Below are positions 40,371 to 53,094 of a stretch of DNA of 64,000 nucleotides, in pieces. The position numbers and the translations under genes were made by a program. Below the pieces are notes generated by a model that was not told the origin of the DNA, ran no database searches, and saw nothing but the letters and a program-made list of their open reading frames with translations. Source of the stretch: Scyliorhinus canicula (taxonomy: Eukaryota); the NCBI RefSeq assembly GCF_902713615.1, contig NC_052153.1:154544807-154608806 (forward strand), written 5' to 3'. Positions within the stretch are counted from its first letter, which is position 1. Each line of letters starts with the position of its first letter.

Positions 40371-43300
40371 GGTAGTCACATTGCTAGCTGCCTGTGGTGC
40401 ACATATGCTCGGAATGATATGGAGCCTTACATACCAAGCAGCCCCAGACACTAAAACTTTTGATGAGCTTGCGCTTTAGATGGGCAACATTTTAACCCGA
40501 CCCCATCTATTTCAGTACAATAGAACCGGTTTAATACCACCTAAAGTACCCCGAATGAGTCCATCACTGTTTTTTGTCGAGATCACAGAAAATTGTAGAA
40601 TTCTGTGAATATGGTGCTGCCCCATCTGAAATCCTACGAGGCCGCTTGATTTGCGGCATTAACAATGCGGCCTCACAGAAGGAACTGCTAGGCGAGCCTT
40701 TCTTTTCCCCAGACCTAGAATACCTGACTGTAAAGTGCCGCCCAGACTATCTTCCATGGGAGTTCGCTTCTACCATCATCACGGCAGTGTACATCCCACC
40801 CCAGGCGGAAGTAAAGACGACACTTGATGAATTGTACACTGCGATAAATAACAGTGAATCAAAGAAGCCTTGTTCATCGTGGCCAAGGACTTCAACCAGA
40901 CGAACCTCAAGAGTGTACTGCCAGAATTCCACCAACACATTTCTTGTCCCACCATGGGCGCCAACACCCTTGACCACTGCTATACAAACATTGCCAACAC
41001 TCTTTATAAAAAAATAATAATTCTAGTGGCCAATTATTTTTCTTTTTCCAATTAAGGTGTAATTTAGCATGGCCAATCCACCTAACCAACACATCTTTGG
41101 GTTGTGGGGGTGAAACCCACACAGACATGGGGAGAACATGCAAACTCCACATGGACAATGACCCAGGGCCGGGATTCGAATCCGGGTCCTCAGCGCCACA
41201 GTCCCAGTGCTAACCACTGTGCCACATGCCACCCCCTTCGCCAACACCCTCGACCACTGCTACACAAACACCAAGGGCACCTACCGATCCATCCCCCGAA
41301 TGCACTGCAGAAAATCGGACCATAAGACGGTGCTCCCTCTCCCAGAATACAAGCAGAAACTTAAGCGAGTGAATCTGGTTAAGAAGGTCGTGCAATGTTG
41401 GTCGGAGGCAACAGAAGAGCTCCTACATGACTGCTTGGAATCATTGTCAGTACACTGGTCCATGTTCAAGAATTCAGGAAACTTTAGCAACCTTGGACAC
41501 ATCCATACCTACCTTCCCAGCTTCCAAAGTCAGATCAGCCTTCTTGAAAGTGAACTCTTGCAAAGCAATGGGTCCTCAGGGAGTCCCTGGTCGTGGACTC
41601 AGATCCTGTGTGGACTGGCTGACGGGTATGTTAGTGTACATCTTCAACCTATCCCTCCTCTGCTCAAAGGTTCTCACGTGCTTCATACCGGTACAAAAGA
41701 ACCAGGCAACGTGCCTCAACGACAATCACCCAGTGGCCTTGACATTTATCGTTATGAAGTGCTTTGAGAGGTTGGTTATGAGACACATCAGCTCCATACT
41801 ACCAGAATGCCTTGATCCACGGCAATTCGCATACCGCCACAACTGGTCCACAGCAGACACCATCTCCCTGGCCCTACACTCAGTCTTGGAGCATCTCAAC
41901 AACAAGGACTCCTATGTCAGATTCCTATTCATTGACTCCAGCTTCGCCTTCAACACCATAATGGGGTGACATGGCAGCACTGTGGTTAGCCCCCTCCCCA
42001 AACCGCCACTTGACCCTGTGGCCGAAGGAAAGGCCTTCCCGATGGGAGACCTCTAGATCCGTAGAAGGGAAGCAAGGACAATGTGGGACTTGCTGAACCT
42101 GGCGTGAATACAGGCGGCTATTGAACAAGCGGTCCAGACCACAGGTAGAGGCAGACACCAGCACAGAGCTCGTACTTTCCGTCTCGATGAGCCAGACGAG
42201 GAGGATGGTTGCATGCAGTTGAATTGCATGGCAGCCCCGAGTGGCCCCCCTCTGCAGGTTAGGTGGATTGGCCATGATAAATTGCCCTTAGTGACCAAAA
42301 AAAGGTTAGGAAGGGTTACTGGGTTATGGGGATAGGGTGGAAGTGAGGGCTTAAGTGGGTCGGTGCAGACTCGATGGGCCGAATGGCCTACTTCTGCACT
42401 ATATGTTCTATGTAATCCAGCAGGCCTCCACCCCTATGGACGCCTTGGAATGTCACTCTTTCCTTGGTCTCGTTAACTGTTACGGAAAGTTTCTTTCGAA
42501 CCTTGGGACCATGTTGGCTCTTCTGAAGAAAACTCACGTATGGTCCAGGAGCCAGCTGCAGGAAACAGCTTTTTGGTGGGAGAAGCAGTTAACATCTTAC
42601 AGGTTACTGACTCATTACGATCTGGCCAAACCCTTGCTATCACATGCTTCTCCCAATGGTATTGGGGCTATCCTGTCCCATCAGATGGGAGAACGTAATG
42701 GCCGATCGCCTTCACCTCCGGTACTTTGGCTGCAGCAGAAAGGAAGTACGCGCATATTGAGAAGGAAGGTCTGGCAGTGGTCTTCGCAGTGCAACATTTT
42801 CACCAATACGTTCATGGCCATCACTTCACTTTCATTGTGGATCACAAGCCTTTGCTCGAGCTTTTCAAGGAGGATAAGGCAATGCACCCATTGCTTCCAC
42901 GTAAATCAAGTGGTGTGCCTGGTTATTTGCTGCCAACGAGAATTATTTTGAACATAAACCGGGACGCGAATTGCGATGCTGGCGCACTGAGCCAGTTGCC
43001 TTTGTCACCTGACCCCATATCAATCCCCAGGACGGTCGAGGTAGTCGTGACTCTGAAGTTCATGGACACTATCTGTCACGGCGTTGCGGACCAGTGAGTG
43101 GATTCAGATGGACCCGATCCTATCTAATGTTCGGCACATGATTTTGTGCGATGGATAGCATCGACAGCTCCCAGGTTGGTATCCTGCTGTGGGGTACATG
43201 CGTGGTCATTCCAGAGAAAAGGCATGAATTCATCTTCATAGACCTCCACAATGAACATCTGGGCATGTCCAAGATGAAATTGCTGGCACGCAGTCGGGCC

Positions 43301-44000
43301 TCGATGCGGACTTTGAAGACAGCCCAACAATGCTCCGCTTGCTTAGAGCATCAAAAGATCTCGCCAAATGCGACCCTACATCATTGGGAATGGCCAGGCC
43401 GGCCGTGGGCATGCTTGCATGCCGACTTTGCCCGTCTATTTCAAGGGTTCATTTTCCGCTTGTTGATGGACATGCATTCAAAGTGGCTTGAAGTGCACAA
43501 GATGGTGGGAACCATGGCCCGGGCAACCATTGAGAAGTTACGTTCATCAGTTTGAACGCAAGGGCTCCCTGAAACAGCACTCCTTTAACAAGTGCGGAGT
43601 TCTCTGGGTTTCTGAAGGCAAACAGGGTGTGGCCCACATGTACTATCCCATACCATTTGGTTTAGCGGAGCAAACATTTAAACAGATCTTCAAAAAAGTC
43701 CCCTCGATCAATAGACACTAGGGCTGGCTCATTTCTTCTGTTACTACAGGGCCACTCTGCAATCAGTGACTAGTGTAGCCCCCGCGGAACTGCTGATGGA
43801 CCGGAGACTTCGTATCCGCCTTAGTATGATTTTCCAGACATAGGTGCGAAGGTACACCACAATCAGGAGCAGCAAGGGCGTTGAGCCATTCAAAGTCGAC
43901 CTCCCAGGCACTTTGCACCAGGTGTTTCTTCAAAACTTCACCATCGGCACCCACTAGCTCTCCAGGATCATCTTCCACCAGCCATGACCAGGGTCGTATT
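40370..44000 (+). mobile_element. Ty3/Gypsy LTR retrotransposon internal remnants, interrupted
   Basis: gag (RLICGINN..QKELL), RT/RNase H (FLGLVNCYGKF, AERKYAHIEKEGLAVVFAV), integrase (H..H.GMSKMK, C..C, WEWPGRPW..LHADFA). Confidence 0.85.
40700..41965 (+). mobile_element. Rex1-like LINE fragment, itself split by a minus-strand SINE (41005-41237)
   Basis: AVYIPPQA, DFNQTNLK, TLDHCYT, LDPRQFAY, AFNTI. Confidence 0.85.
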
Positions 44001-44019
44001 ATGCAAAATCATCTTGACC

Positions 44020-44620
44020 ACCTTCGATCCAGGTGACTGCTTCTTTGACAATGTCTTTGTGATGGATTCTCCACATCAGCTGGGAGGGCAGGTGTACTAA
44101 CATCAGCATCCTTGAAGGAGCCAAGAGCAATGGCATCGAGGCCATGATCAACCAAAGCCAACTCCACTGGGCTGGCCATGTGCTTAGTATGTCAAGAGCC
44201 CTGACTGTCAAAGCAAATCATCTTCACCCAGCTCAAGGAAGGCTCTCGAACAAGACAACAACAGTGGATGTACTTCGCAGACACTTTGAAGACCAACCTC
44301 AAGTGATGCAACATCAATGATAACACCTGGGAGACCCCTGCTCAGAAGAGACCTACTTGGAGAAACCTGCTGATTGAAGGGACACAATTCTTCAAGGACA
44401 CATGACAGCAAGCGGAGGCCTGGAAAAAGAGCTTGCAACCTAGAGTTCAACAATGAACCCCATCTCATGGAAACACCTGTTAAGTGTACGGTCGAAGGTG
44501 TGGATCTAGGATCGGACCCATCAGCCACGCAAGGACCCAAAGAACCGATGACCGGTCGCAGAGTTTCTTAGGTGGACAATCATTCTCATTAGCAAGTGAT
44601 CGTCAAAGAGACCCTGCCTA
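44020..44620 (+). mobile_element. RTE-clade LINE 3' fragment
   Basis: QLHWAGHV motif and RTE-type 3' end. Confidence 0.7.
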
Positions 44621-44899
44621 TCTCCATGATAATGTGAATCACATGGGCTTTGTATCCAGAAAGAAATAGTGCTTAGCTATCCTTGAGACACTCGGGTCTC
44701 TTTTATCTTGGAAGTAAATTGACAGTTTAAAGCACAACTGTTTACAACCTCACATTTTCAGTACCATTCTAATTTGGGAGACTCTGGGTCTGTCCACTGT
44801 GAGCACACGGGCTTCTACCATTGTCTGCAGGTCACGTGACCCCCCCTCATTTTACCTTAAATTAAAAGCACAGTCCCAAAACAATCTTATAAATGTTAT

Positions 44900-45390
44900 A
44901 ATTGTTACAATATTACAGGAAAGCTATGATTTCTATTGGAGGGGCTGCAGAGTGGATTTACCAGGATGTGGCCAGGGATTAAAATATTTAACTGAGGAAC
45001 AATTGAACAGGCTGGAGTTGTTTTCCTTGGAGCAGACATGGCTGAGTAATGGATGTACCTGGGTGGAGTACATAGGGATAACCTATTTCCCTTTGCAGAG
45101 GTGTCAGAAATTAAGGGGCATAGATTTAAAATAAGTGATGGAAGAACAAGAGGAGAAATTAAACTTTGTTCACTCAGAGGATGGCGATATCTGGAAAACT
45201 GTCTGAAATGGTGGAAGAGATAAACTCTTACCACAATTAAAAGGACTGCCTACTTGAACAGCCATGACCTCCTGGGCTACGGATGAGGCGCAGGGAGGTC
45301 GGATTTGACGGATTGGCTTTCAGTTGATTGCTATGGACACAATGGGCTGAATGGCCTCATATCATACTGCAAATTTTTTATGGTTTCCAT
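44900..45390 (+). mobile_element. Old CR1 3' fragment
   Basis: LNRLELFSLE and tail gggctgaatggcctc. Confidence 0.7.
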
Positions 45391-45574
45391 GATTTCCATC
45401 AACAAATCAGAATTAAAAGGTTGCCTGGGGTGTAAGTTTTGTATGGGGACATTGAGCTACAAATCAAAAACTGTCAACTACATTTACAGATTATGTAATA
45501 GTTTATTTCTAATCCTATTTCTAAGTAAACAAAAATCAACAGGTGAAACTTACCTTTACTTTTTTTTAAAAATT

Positions 45575-45755
45575 AAAATAAATTTCCAATTAAGGAGTAA
45601 TTTGATGTGACCAATCCTCCCATCTTGCACATCTTTTGGGTTGTGGAGGTAAGGCCTCCGGAGATACGGGAGAATGTGCAAACTCCACACAGACAGTGAC
45701 CTGGGACTGGGAGCAAACACGGGTTCGCGGTTCGCGCTAACCACTGCGCCACCCG
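45575..45755 (-). mobile_element. Short V-SINE
   Basis: Same family as 21555-21771. Confidence 0.8.
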
Positions 45756-46228
45756 AAATTTACCTTTCCAAGCACAGCTCAGAGCAGGAATATTCACTGC
45801 ATGCAAACTACCCAAGAGAGCCATTACTGCCAGAAACCCTTTCTGTACTGGCCAGAACTAGCCACTCCTCAAGAAAGTAGTCTCAACTTTTCTCTCAGCT
45901 TCCTATGGGTGTTTCTTGCACATCTACTGGGCACACAATCCTCTTAGCCAAAGAGTAAGTTCTCCTTTAAATATAGGGAGCATTTATTTCATTTTTAATG
46001 GGATGAACATGCTTTTTGATCACAATACTGGAAAACTCTGACAACTGGGAAAATAACCCTGCAGTTAATGCTGTAAGGAGAGGGACATAGAAATATATTA
46101 TCAGAATCATAGAATCCCTTCAGTGCAGGAGGCCATTCAGCCCATTGAGTCCACACCGACCCTCCGAAAGAACACCCTACCTAGGCCCAATCCCCATACC
46201 CCACCTAACCTTTGGACAGTGAGGAAAA

Positions 46229-46231
<3 letters not shown>

Positions 46232-46264
<33 letters not shown>
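46232..46264. repeat. (TG)n microsatellite
   Basis: Direct reading. Confidence 0.95.
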
Positions 46265-46269
<5 letters not shown>

Positions 46270-46272
<3 letters not shown>

Positions 46273-49200
46273 CTTCATTGGAGGCGGAGATCATGGAAGG
46301 TCTATGCAAGTTGCTGCGGTCGAAGGTAGAGGAACAAGAGAACAGGTCAAGACAACAGAACCTGCGGATTGTGGGTCTGCCAGGAGTGGAGGGAACGGAC
46401 GTCCGGTTGCAGCTATGCCGAGCTAAGCCGCACGTTCGGTAGCTCCCGCCAGGAACGGACTTTTGGGCTCTTTTAAGGGCCCCCAGCAGTACTTGCTCGA
46501 CGGTTCCTGACGTGGGAAGGTGTCTGCAGCGGATCCCCAGTGATCTATGGTCTTGACCAGGAGCGGGGCCAGCAGAATAGCGGTGGCAGCGCCTAAGAAA
46601 AAGCGGGGGAAGGCAATCAAGATGGCGGCCGGCGGAGGCCTCGAGGAATGGAGGCAGTGGGCACAGGTGCAGCAGGAGACTCTCCAGCGCTGTTTTCAGG
46701 AGCTCAAAGTGGAGCTGCTGGACTCGCTGAAGGTGAATATGGACAAGCTGCTGGCGACGCAGACAGCCCAGGGGGTGGAGATCCGGGAGCTCCGACAACA
46801 AGCCTCTGAAAGAGAGGATGATGGTGGAGATGCACGAGGCGCTCCACAAGAACTGGCAGGAGCGGTTTGAGGAGATGGAGAACCGGTCGAGGCGGAAAAA
46901 TTTGCGGATCCTGGGCCTCACGGAGGGGCTGGAAGGGTCAGACCTGGGGGCCTATGTGGGCGTTTTGTTGAATTCGCTGATGGGAGCTGGGTCCTTCCAG
47001 GGGCCCCTGAAGCTGGAGGGGGCCCACAGAATACTGGCCTGGAGGCCCAAACCGAATGAGCCGCCACGGGCGGTGCTGGTGCGGTTCAACTGGTTCGTTG
47101 ACCGAGAGTGCGTGCTTAGGTGGGCCAAGAAGGAGCGGAGCAGCAAGTGGGAGAACACGGTAGTGCGGATCTACCAGGACTGGAGTGCGGAAGTGGCCAA
47201 GCGGAGGGCCGGGTACAACCGGACGAAGGCGGTGCTCCACAGAAAGAGTGTGAAGTTTGGCATGTTACAGCCGGCACGTCTGTGGGTCACCTACAAGGAC
47301 CGGTACTTTCATTTTGAGTCCCCGGAGGAGGCGTGGGCCTTTGTGCGGGCCGAGAAGTTGGACTCTGACTGAGGGTCGGGTGTTTGTAAAGAGCTGTGTT
47401 AACTTTTGGTGGGAAGAGTCTCTGTTTTATGCTGCTTCATGCTGTTTTAAGCTGGTTGTGTGTTGTTTCTCGGGGGGTGGGGTGCTGTCTTTTTTTTGCG
47501 GGGGCGGGGTCGGGCAGAGGGAAAGCGTGGGCGTTTCTTCTGTTTCCCATGCTGAGGGTGGATGGGGCGGGGTCGGAGCTGAGAAGCGCAGGCTTTTTTC
47601 CCACGCAAGGGCGGGAGGGGGAGGAGGAGGGTCTGCTGATGGGTCTGGAGGAGGAGTAGCAGCCCCACGTTGGGAGGGGTCGGAGGTGTGGCGGGAGCTG
47701 CCGGGTTCAGCAGAAGTTAGCTGGCTCACGGGAGTGCTACGGAGGGAGTAACGCGGCTGGGAGGGGTCCTAGCCTGGGGGGGGGGGGGACCGGGTTGCTG
47801 CTGAAATGGCCAGGAAGGAGCTGGAGTATGCAGGGGGAGCCGGGGTGGGGGTTTGCCACCGCGGGGAACGGGCCGAGCGAGGGGCGCTGGCCTGGGGCGG
47901 GCAGGAGATGGGTTATGGCTAGTCGGCAGGGGAGGGGGACAGGGAGCCCTCTGATCTGGCTGATAACTTGGAATGTGAGGGGGCTGAATGGGCCGGTCAA
48001 ATGGGCCCGGGTGTTTACGCACCTGAAGGCAGACGTGGCTATGCTCCAGGAGACGCACCTGAAGGTGGCAGACCAGGTTAGACTAAGGAAGGGCTGGGTA
48101 GGCCAGGTGTTTCATTCGGGGCTGGATGCAAAAAATCGGGGGATGGCGATTCTGGTGGGAAAAAGGGTGTCGTTTGAGGCGTCAAAGGTGGTGGCTGACA
48201 GTGGAGGGAGGTATGTGATGGTGAGCGGCAAGTTGCAAGGGGAGCGGGTGGTGCTGGTGAATGTCTGTGCCCCAAATTGGGACGATGCGGGTTTTATGCG
48301 GCGCATGTTGGGCCCCGCACTGGGTAGACCTTGGGCTGGGGGAGGTGAGGGACCAGCACCCGCTCTGGCGCCTGGAGGTGGGACTGCTGGCGGATGAAAA
48401 GGTGGACGGGCGGGTTCGGGGGTGTATCAAGAGGTACTTAGAGGCCAATGATAATGGGGAGGTCCGGGTGGGGACGGTTTGGGAAGCATTGAAGGGAGTT
48501 GATTTCCAGCCGAGCCCATAGAGAGAGGGTAGAGCAAAGAGAGAGTGAGAGGTTGGTGGGGGAGATGGTGAGGATGGACAGGAGATACGCGGAGGCTCCG
48601 GAGTAGGGACTGTTGAGGAAGCGACGTAACCTTCAGGCCAGGTTCGACTTGCTGACCAGCAGAAAGGCAGAAGCTCAGTGGAGGAAGGCACAGGGAGCGG
48701 TGTACGAATATGGGGAGAAGGCGAGTAGGATGCTGGCGCATCAGCTTCGTAAGCGTGACGCGGCCAGGGAGATTGGTGGAGTGACGGATAGGGGAGGCAA
48801 TGTGGTGCGAAGGAGGGTGGACATTAATGGGGTCTTCAGGGACTTTTATGGGGAATTGTACCGGGCCGAGCCCCCGGTGGAGGCGGGGGGAATGGGGCGC
48901 TTTTTGGACAGGCTGAAATTTCCGACGGTGGAGGGGGGACAGGTGGAGGGGCTGGGGGCGCCGATTGAGCTGGAGGAGCTGGTCAAAGGGATAGGTAGCA
49001 TGCAGTCGGGGAAGGCGCCGGGGCCGGATAGGTTTCCGGTCGAATTTTACAAAATGTATGCAGACCTGCTGGGCCCCCTGTTGGTTAGGACCTTTACCGA
49101 GGCAAGGGAGGGGGGGGGGGGGCTTTGCCCACGACTATGTCACGGGCGCTGATTTCCTTGATCCTTAAACGGGACAAGGACCCCCTGCAGTGTGGATCAT

Positions 49201-50830
49201 ATAGGGCAATCTCGTTGTTAAATGTGGATGCCAAGCTGTTGGCGAAGATCTTGGCCACAAGGATAGAGGACTGTGTGCCAGGGGTCATTCATGAAGACCA
49301 GACGGGGTTTGTGAAGGGAAGGCAGCTGAACATCAATATACGTAGGCTTCTGAATGTTATCATGATACCGGCGGTAGAAGGGGAGGCGTAGATAGTGGTA
49401 GCATTAGACGCAGAGAAGGCCTTTGATAGGGTTGAGTGGGGGTACTTGTGGGAGGTGCTGGAAAGGTTTGGGTTCGGGGAGGGGTTTGTCAGTTGGGTGA
49501 GGCTGTTATATGAGGCCCCGATGGCGAGCGTAGCCACGAATAGGAGGAGATCGGAGTACTTTCGGTTGTATCGGGGGACGAGACAGGGGTGTCCCCTGTC
49601 CCCCTTGCTCTTTGCGTTGGCAATTGAGCCCCTGGCCATGGCGTTGAGGGAGTCGAGGAATTGGAGGGGTCTGGTGCGGGGTGGGGAGGAGCACCTAGTG
49701 TCATTATACGCAGATGACTTGTTGCTTTATGTGGCGGACCCAGTGGGGGGAATGCCGGAGGTGATGCAGATCCTTAGGGAATTTGGGGGCTTTTCTGGGT
49801 ACAAGCTCAACCTGGGTAAGAGTGAGCTGTTCGTCGTGCACCAGGGGGATCAAGAGGAGGGGATTGGTAGGCTCCCGCTGAAAAGGGCAGGGAGGAGCTC
49901 TCGATACCTGGGAGTCCAGGTGGCTAGGAGCTGGGGGGCCCTTCACAAGCTTAACCTCACTAGGCTGGTGGAGCAAATGGACGAGGAGTTCAAAAGATGG
50001 GACATGTTGCCGCTATCGCTGGCGGGCAGTGTGCAGTCCGTCAAGATGACGGTGCTCCCGAAGTGCTGCATAGGGCCCACATGACTGGGACAAGGATGAG
50101 TAGGTTTTTCGGGGGCGAAGACAGGTGTAGGTGTTCGGGGAGCCCAGCGAACCACGCCCTTATGTTTTGGGCATGCCCAGTGCTGGGGGAGTTCTGGAAG
50201 GGGGTAGCAAGGACGGTGTCGAGGGTGGTAGGATCCAGGGTCAAGCCAGGCTGGGGACTCGCAATTTTTGGGGTTGCAGTGGAGCCGGGAGTGCAGGAGG
50301 CGAAAGAGGCCAGTGTTGTGGCCTTTGCGTCCCTAGTAGCCTGGCGGAGGATTTTGCTTCAATGGAAGGATGCGAGGCCCCCAAGCGTTTTTGGGGGTTA
50401 TTGTGTTTTTTCTTTTTGTTGTTGTTTTTGGTATGTTTTTGAAAATCTTAATAAAAATTAAGGAGTGGAGGGAACGAACATCACAAATTATATTTCAAGG
50501 ATGTTGGCCAGGTTGGTGGAGCAGAGGTGTTGGACAAGGAGGTGGGCTGGACCCATGAGGCAGAAGCCGAGAGCAGGGGAGCCACCGCGACAGTGATTGT
50601 GCGCATGCACAAGTTTTTGGACAAGGAGAAGATCATCAGGTGGACCAGGGTGAAACGAGTCTGTGAATGGGAGGGCAGTCGAATCCGGAACTGGCTAAAA
50701 GTCAAGCAGGATTGAACAAGGCCAAAGTGGGTCTGTACAGACAACAGATTCGGTCTGGGGTGTTGTACTCGGCCAAACTCTGGGTAACTTATGGCGGCCA
50801 GGAATGTTATTTTGGAACGGGAGAGGGGTG
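46270..50830 (+). mobile_element. Older L1 ORF1 (46270-46400 and 50480-50830) hosting a younger L1
   Basis: ENRSRQQNLRIVGLPGVEG continues after the insert into IVRMHKFLDKEKIIRW. Confidence 0.8.
46401..50460 (+). mobile_element. L1-clade LINE with 5' UTR, ORF1 and internally deleted ORF2
   Basis: 19-bp TSD aggagtggagggaacg(g/a)ac at 46382-46400 and 50461-50479; ORF1, EN, RT with GTRQGCPLSP and YADD; AATAAA at the end. Confidence 0.94.
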
Positions 50831-50939
50831 AGGGAATGTGGAAGGGAGTCTTCAGGCAGGAGTCACCACACTAGCAAACGATGCTGGTGAACGGGAGGAG
50901 GCCATGATGGTTGGGCAGTTTGCGGGGGCGGGGGCGGGG

Positions 50940-51437
50940 TTTAAAATGTGGCGTGCAGGTATAGTGGATGAGCGGGGTCATGGGTGCGATGGGGGCCATC
51001 TTGGATGGGTGCTCGAATGCCAGGGTGGTACTGCCAAGGGCCAGGGGGCAAGGAGGCCATGCCCATAAAATGAGGGTGGAGGGAGTGCAGGGCAGGTAAG
51101 TGGGGATCTCTGGGAGTTGGAGGGGTGATGGGTGGGGTTCCTGGAAGGGAGAGGGTGCTGTAAGCGGACTGGGGGGGGGGGGGGGGGGGTTTAAAATGTG
51201 GCGTGCAGGTATAGTGGATGAGCGGGGTCATGGGTGCGATGGGGGCCATCTTGGATGGGTGCTCGAATGCCAGGGTGGTACTGCCAAGGGCCAGGGGGCA
51301 AGGAGGCCATGCCCATAAAATGAGGGTGGAGGGAGTGCAGGGCAGGTAAGTGGGGATCTCTGGGAGTTGGAGGGGTGATGGGTGGGGTTCCTGGAAGGGA
51401 GAGGGTGCTGTAAGCGGACTGGGGGGGGGGGGGGGGG
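50940..51437. repeat. 250-bp tandem duplication bounded by G runs
   Basis: Units start at 50940 and 51190 and appear identical apart from G-run length. Confidence 0.93.
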
Positions 51438-51479
51438 ACCCCATAGCAGGGTGTCCTCATTTTGGGGGGGGGGGGGTAT

Positions 51480-51675
51480 AAAGTCTGACAACACCAGGTA
51501 AAAGTCCAACAGGTTTGTTTTGAACCACTAGCTTTTGGAGCGCACCTCCATCCTCAGGTGAATAAGACCGGAGGAAGGAGCTGTGCTCCGAAATCCAGTG
51601 ATTCAAAACAAACCTGGTGTTGTCAGACTTCGTACTGTGCCCACCCCAGTCCAACGGCAGCATCTCCACATCATG
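51480..51675. mobile_element. Second, diverged palindromic Penelope-type mini-element
   Basis: Same arm and tail sequence as 36589-36803; hammerhead cores mutated. Confidence 0.8.
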
Positions 51676-51929
51676 GCTCATTTGGGGGAGTATGGTAGTG
51701 TCTATGTGTGTGGGGGGTGACATTATCCATGGCTGGGGAGGTTCCACGAGCCGGCTCAGAGATCGGGGCAACATTTCAAAATGGCGGCCTAATCTCGGAG
51801 TACCGCTCCCCAGTGATAGAAAAAAATTCAAATTCCAAGTGTGGGCAGTGGGGAACTTGTCGGCAGGAAAGTTCCTGAAAAACCCGCCACAAATTAACTG
51901 AGAATATTTTGGAAGAATCGCACCGGATA

Positions 51930-52500
51930 TCCTACGATGAGTAACACACCTTCTAACCCCCACAAAGCCTGCCCACCATCTACAAAGCACAAGTCAGGAG
52001 TGTATAGGAATACGCTCCACTTGCCTGGGTGAGTACAGCTCCAACAACACTGCAAAAGCTCAACATGGTTCAGGACAAAGCAGCCCGCTTGATTGCTCCC
52101 CCTTCCACAAACATTCAAACCCTCCACCACCGATGAACTGGCAGCCGTGTGCACCGTCGACAAGATGCATTGCAGTAACTCACCAAGGTTCCTTCGGCAG
52201 CACCTTTTAAACCCACAACGACTACCATCTAAAAGGACAACAGCAGCAGATACCTGGGTGCCCCACAACCTGGTGGTTTCCGTCCAAATCGTTCACCACA
52301 CTGATTTAGATATATATCATTGTTCCTTCGCTGTCGCTGGGACAACATCCTGGAATTCCCACCCGGCAATACAGTGTGTGTACCAACACCTCAAGCACTG
52401 CACCGGTTCAGGAAGGCAACTCACCCCACCTTCTCAAGGGCAATTAGGGATGGGCAATAAATGCTGGCCCAACCAGCGAAGCCCATATCCCGTATGTGGA
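51930..52500 (+). mobile_element. Non-LTR retrotransposon 3' end (CR1/L2 group) sharing its tail with the DeuSINE-like SINE
   Basis: IYKAQVRSV..YAPLAW remnant; tail gggatgggcaataaatgctggcc. Confidence 0.65.
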
Positions 52501-52509
52501 TTTAAAAAA

Positions 52510-53065
52510 AGGGCGAGTTGCCAGCAACGTTATCGCAGGTTTTGATCTCGAAAAAGCAGAAGGACCCACTGGCACGTAGGTCCTACAGGCCTATTTCTTT
52601 GTTGAACATGAAAGTACTAGCGAAGGTGTTGGCACGTAGGTTGGAAAGGTGTGTGCAGAGGTCGTCTGAGGATCAAACTTGCTTTGTGAAAGGTAGGCAG
52701 CTCTCTAGTAACATGAGGAGGTTGCTGAATGTAATTATGACTGTCGGGAGTAGGCACCGGAGGTTATTGTATCCATGGACGGGGAGAAGGTTTTTGATCG
52801 GGTATAGTGGAGGTATCCGTTTGAAACTCTGGGTAGGTTTGGGTTTGGGACGAAGTTTGTGGCGTGGATTTGACTTTTGTAGGCATCCCCTGTGGCGTGT
52901 GCGCGGACGAATGAGATGAGTTCGGGGTATTCTGGGTTACATAGGGGAATGAAGTAGAGGTGCCCGCTGTCACCGTTGATATTTGAATTGGTGATGGCCC
53001 TTCGGGCATCAGCTGAGTGGCGAGGAATTGCTGTGTGGGGCGGGGGTGGAAGGAGAGAGAGAGAG
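52510..53065 (+). mobile_element. L1 RT fragment
   Basis: SYRPISLLN..LAKVLA, FVKGRQL. Confidence 0.8.
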
Positions 53066-53094
53066 CGTGCACTGGGTGCTTCTAGAACAAAGAT

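Noticed and set aside
50940-51437. CRISPR-like or coding repeat array
   Set aside because: Only two units, no spacers, vertebrate intron; the Pro-rich ORFs are compositional artefacts.
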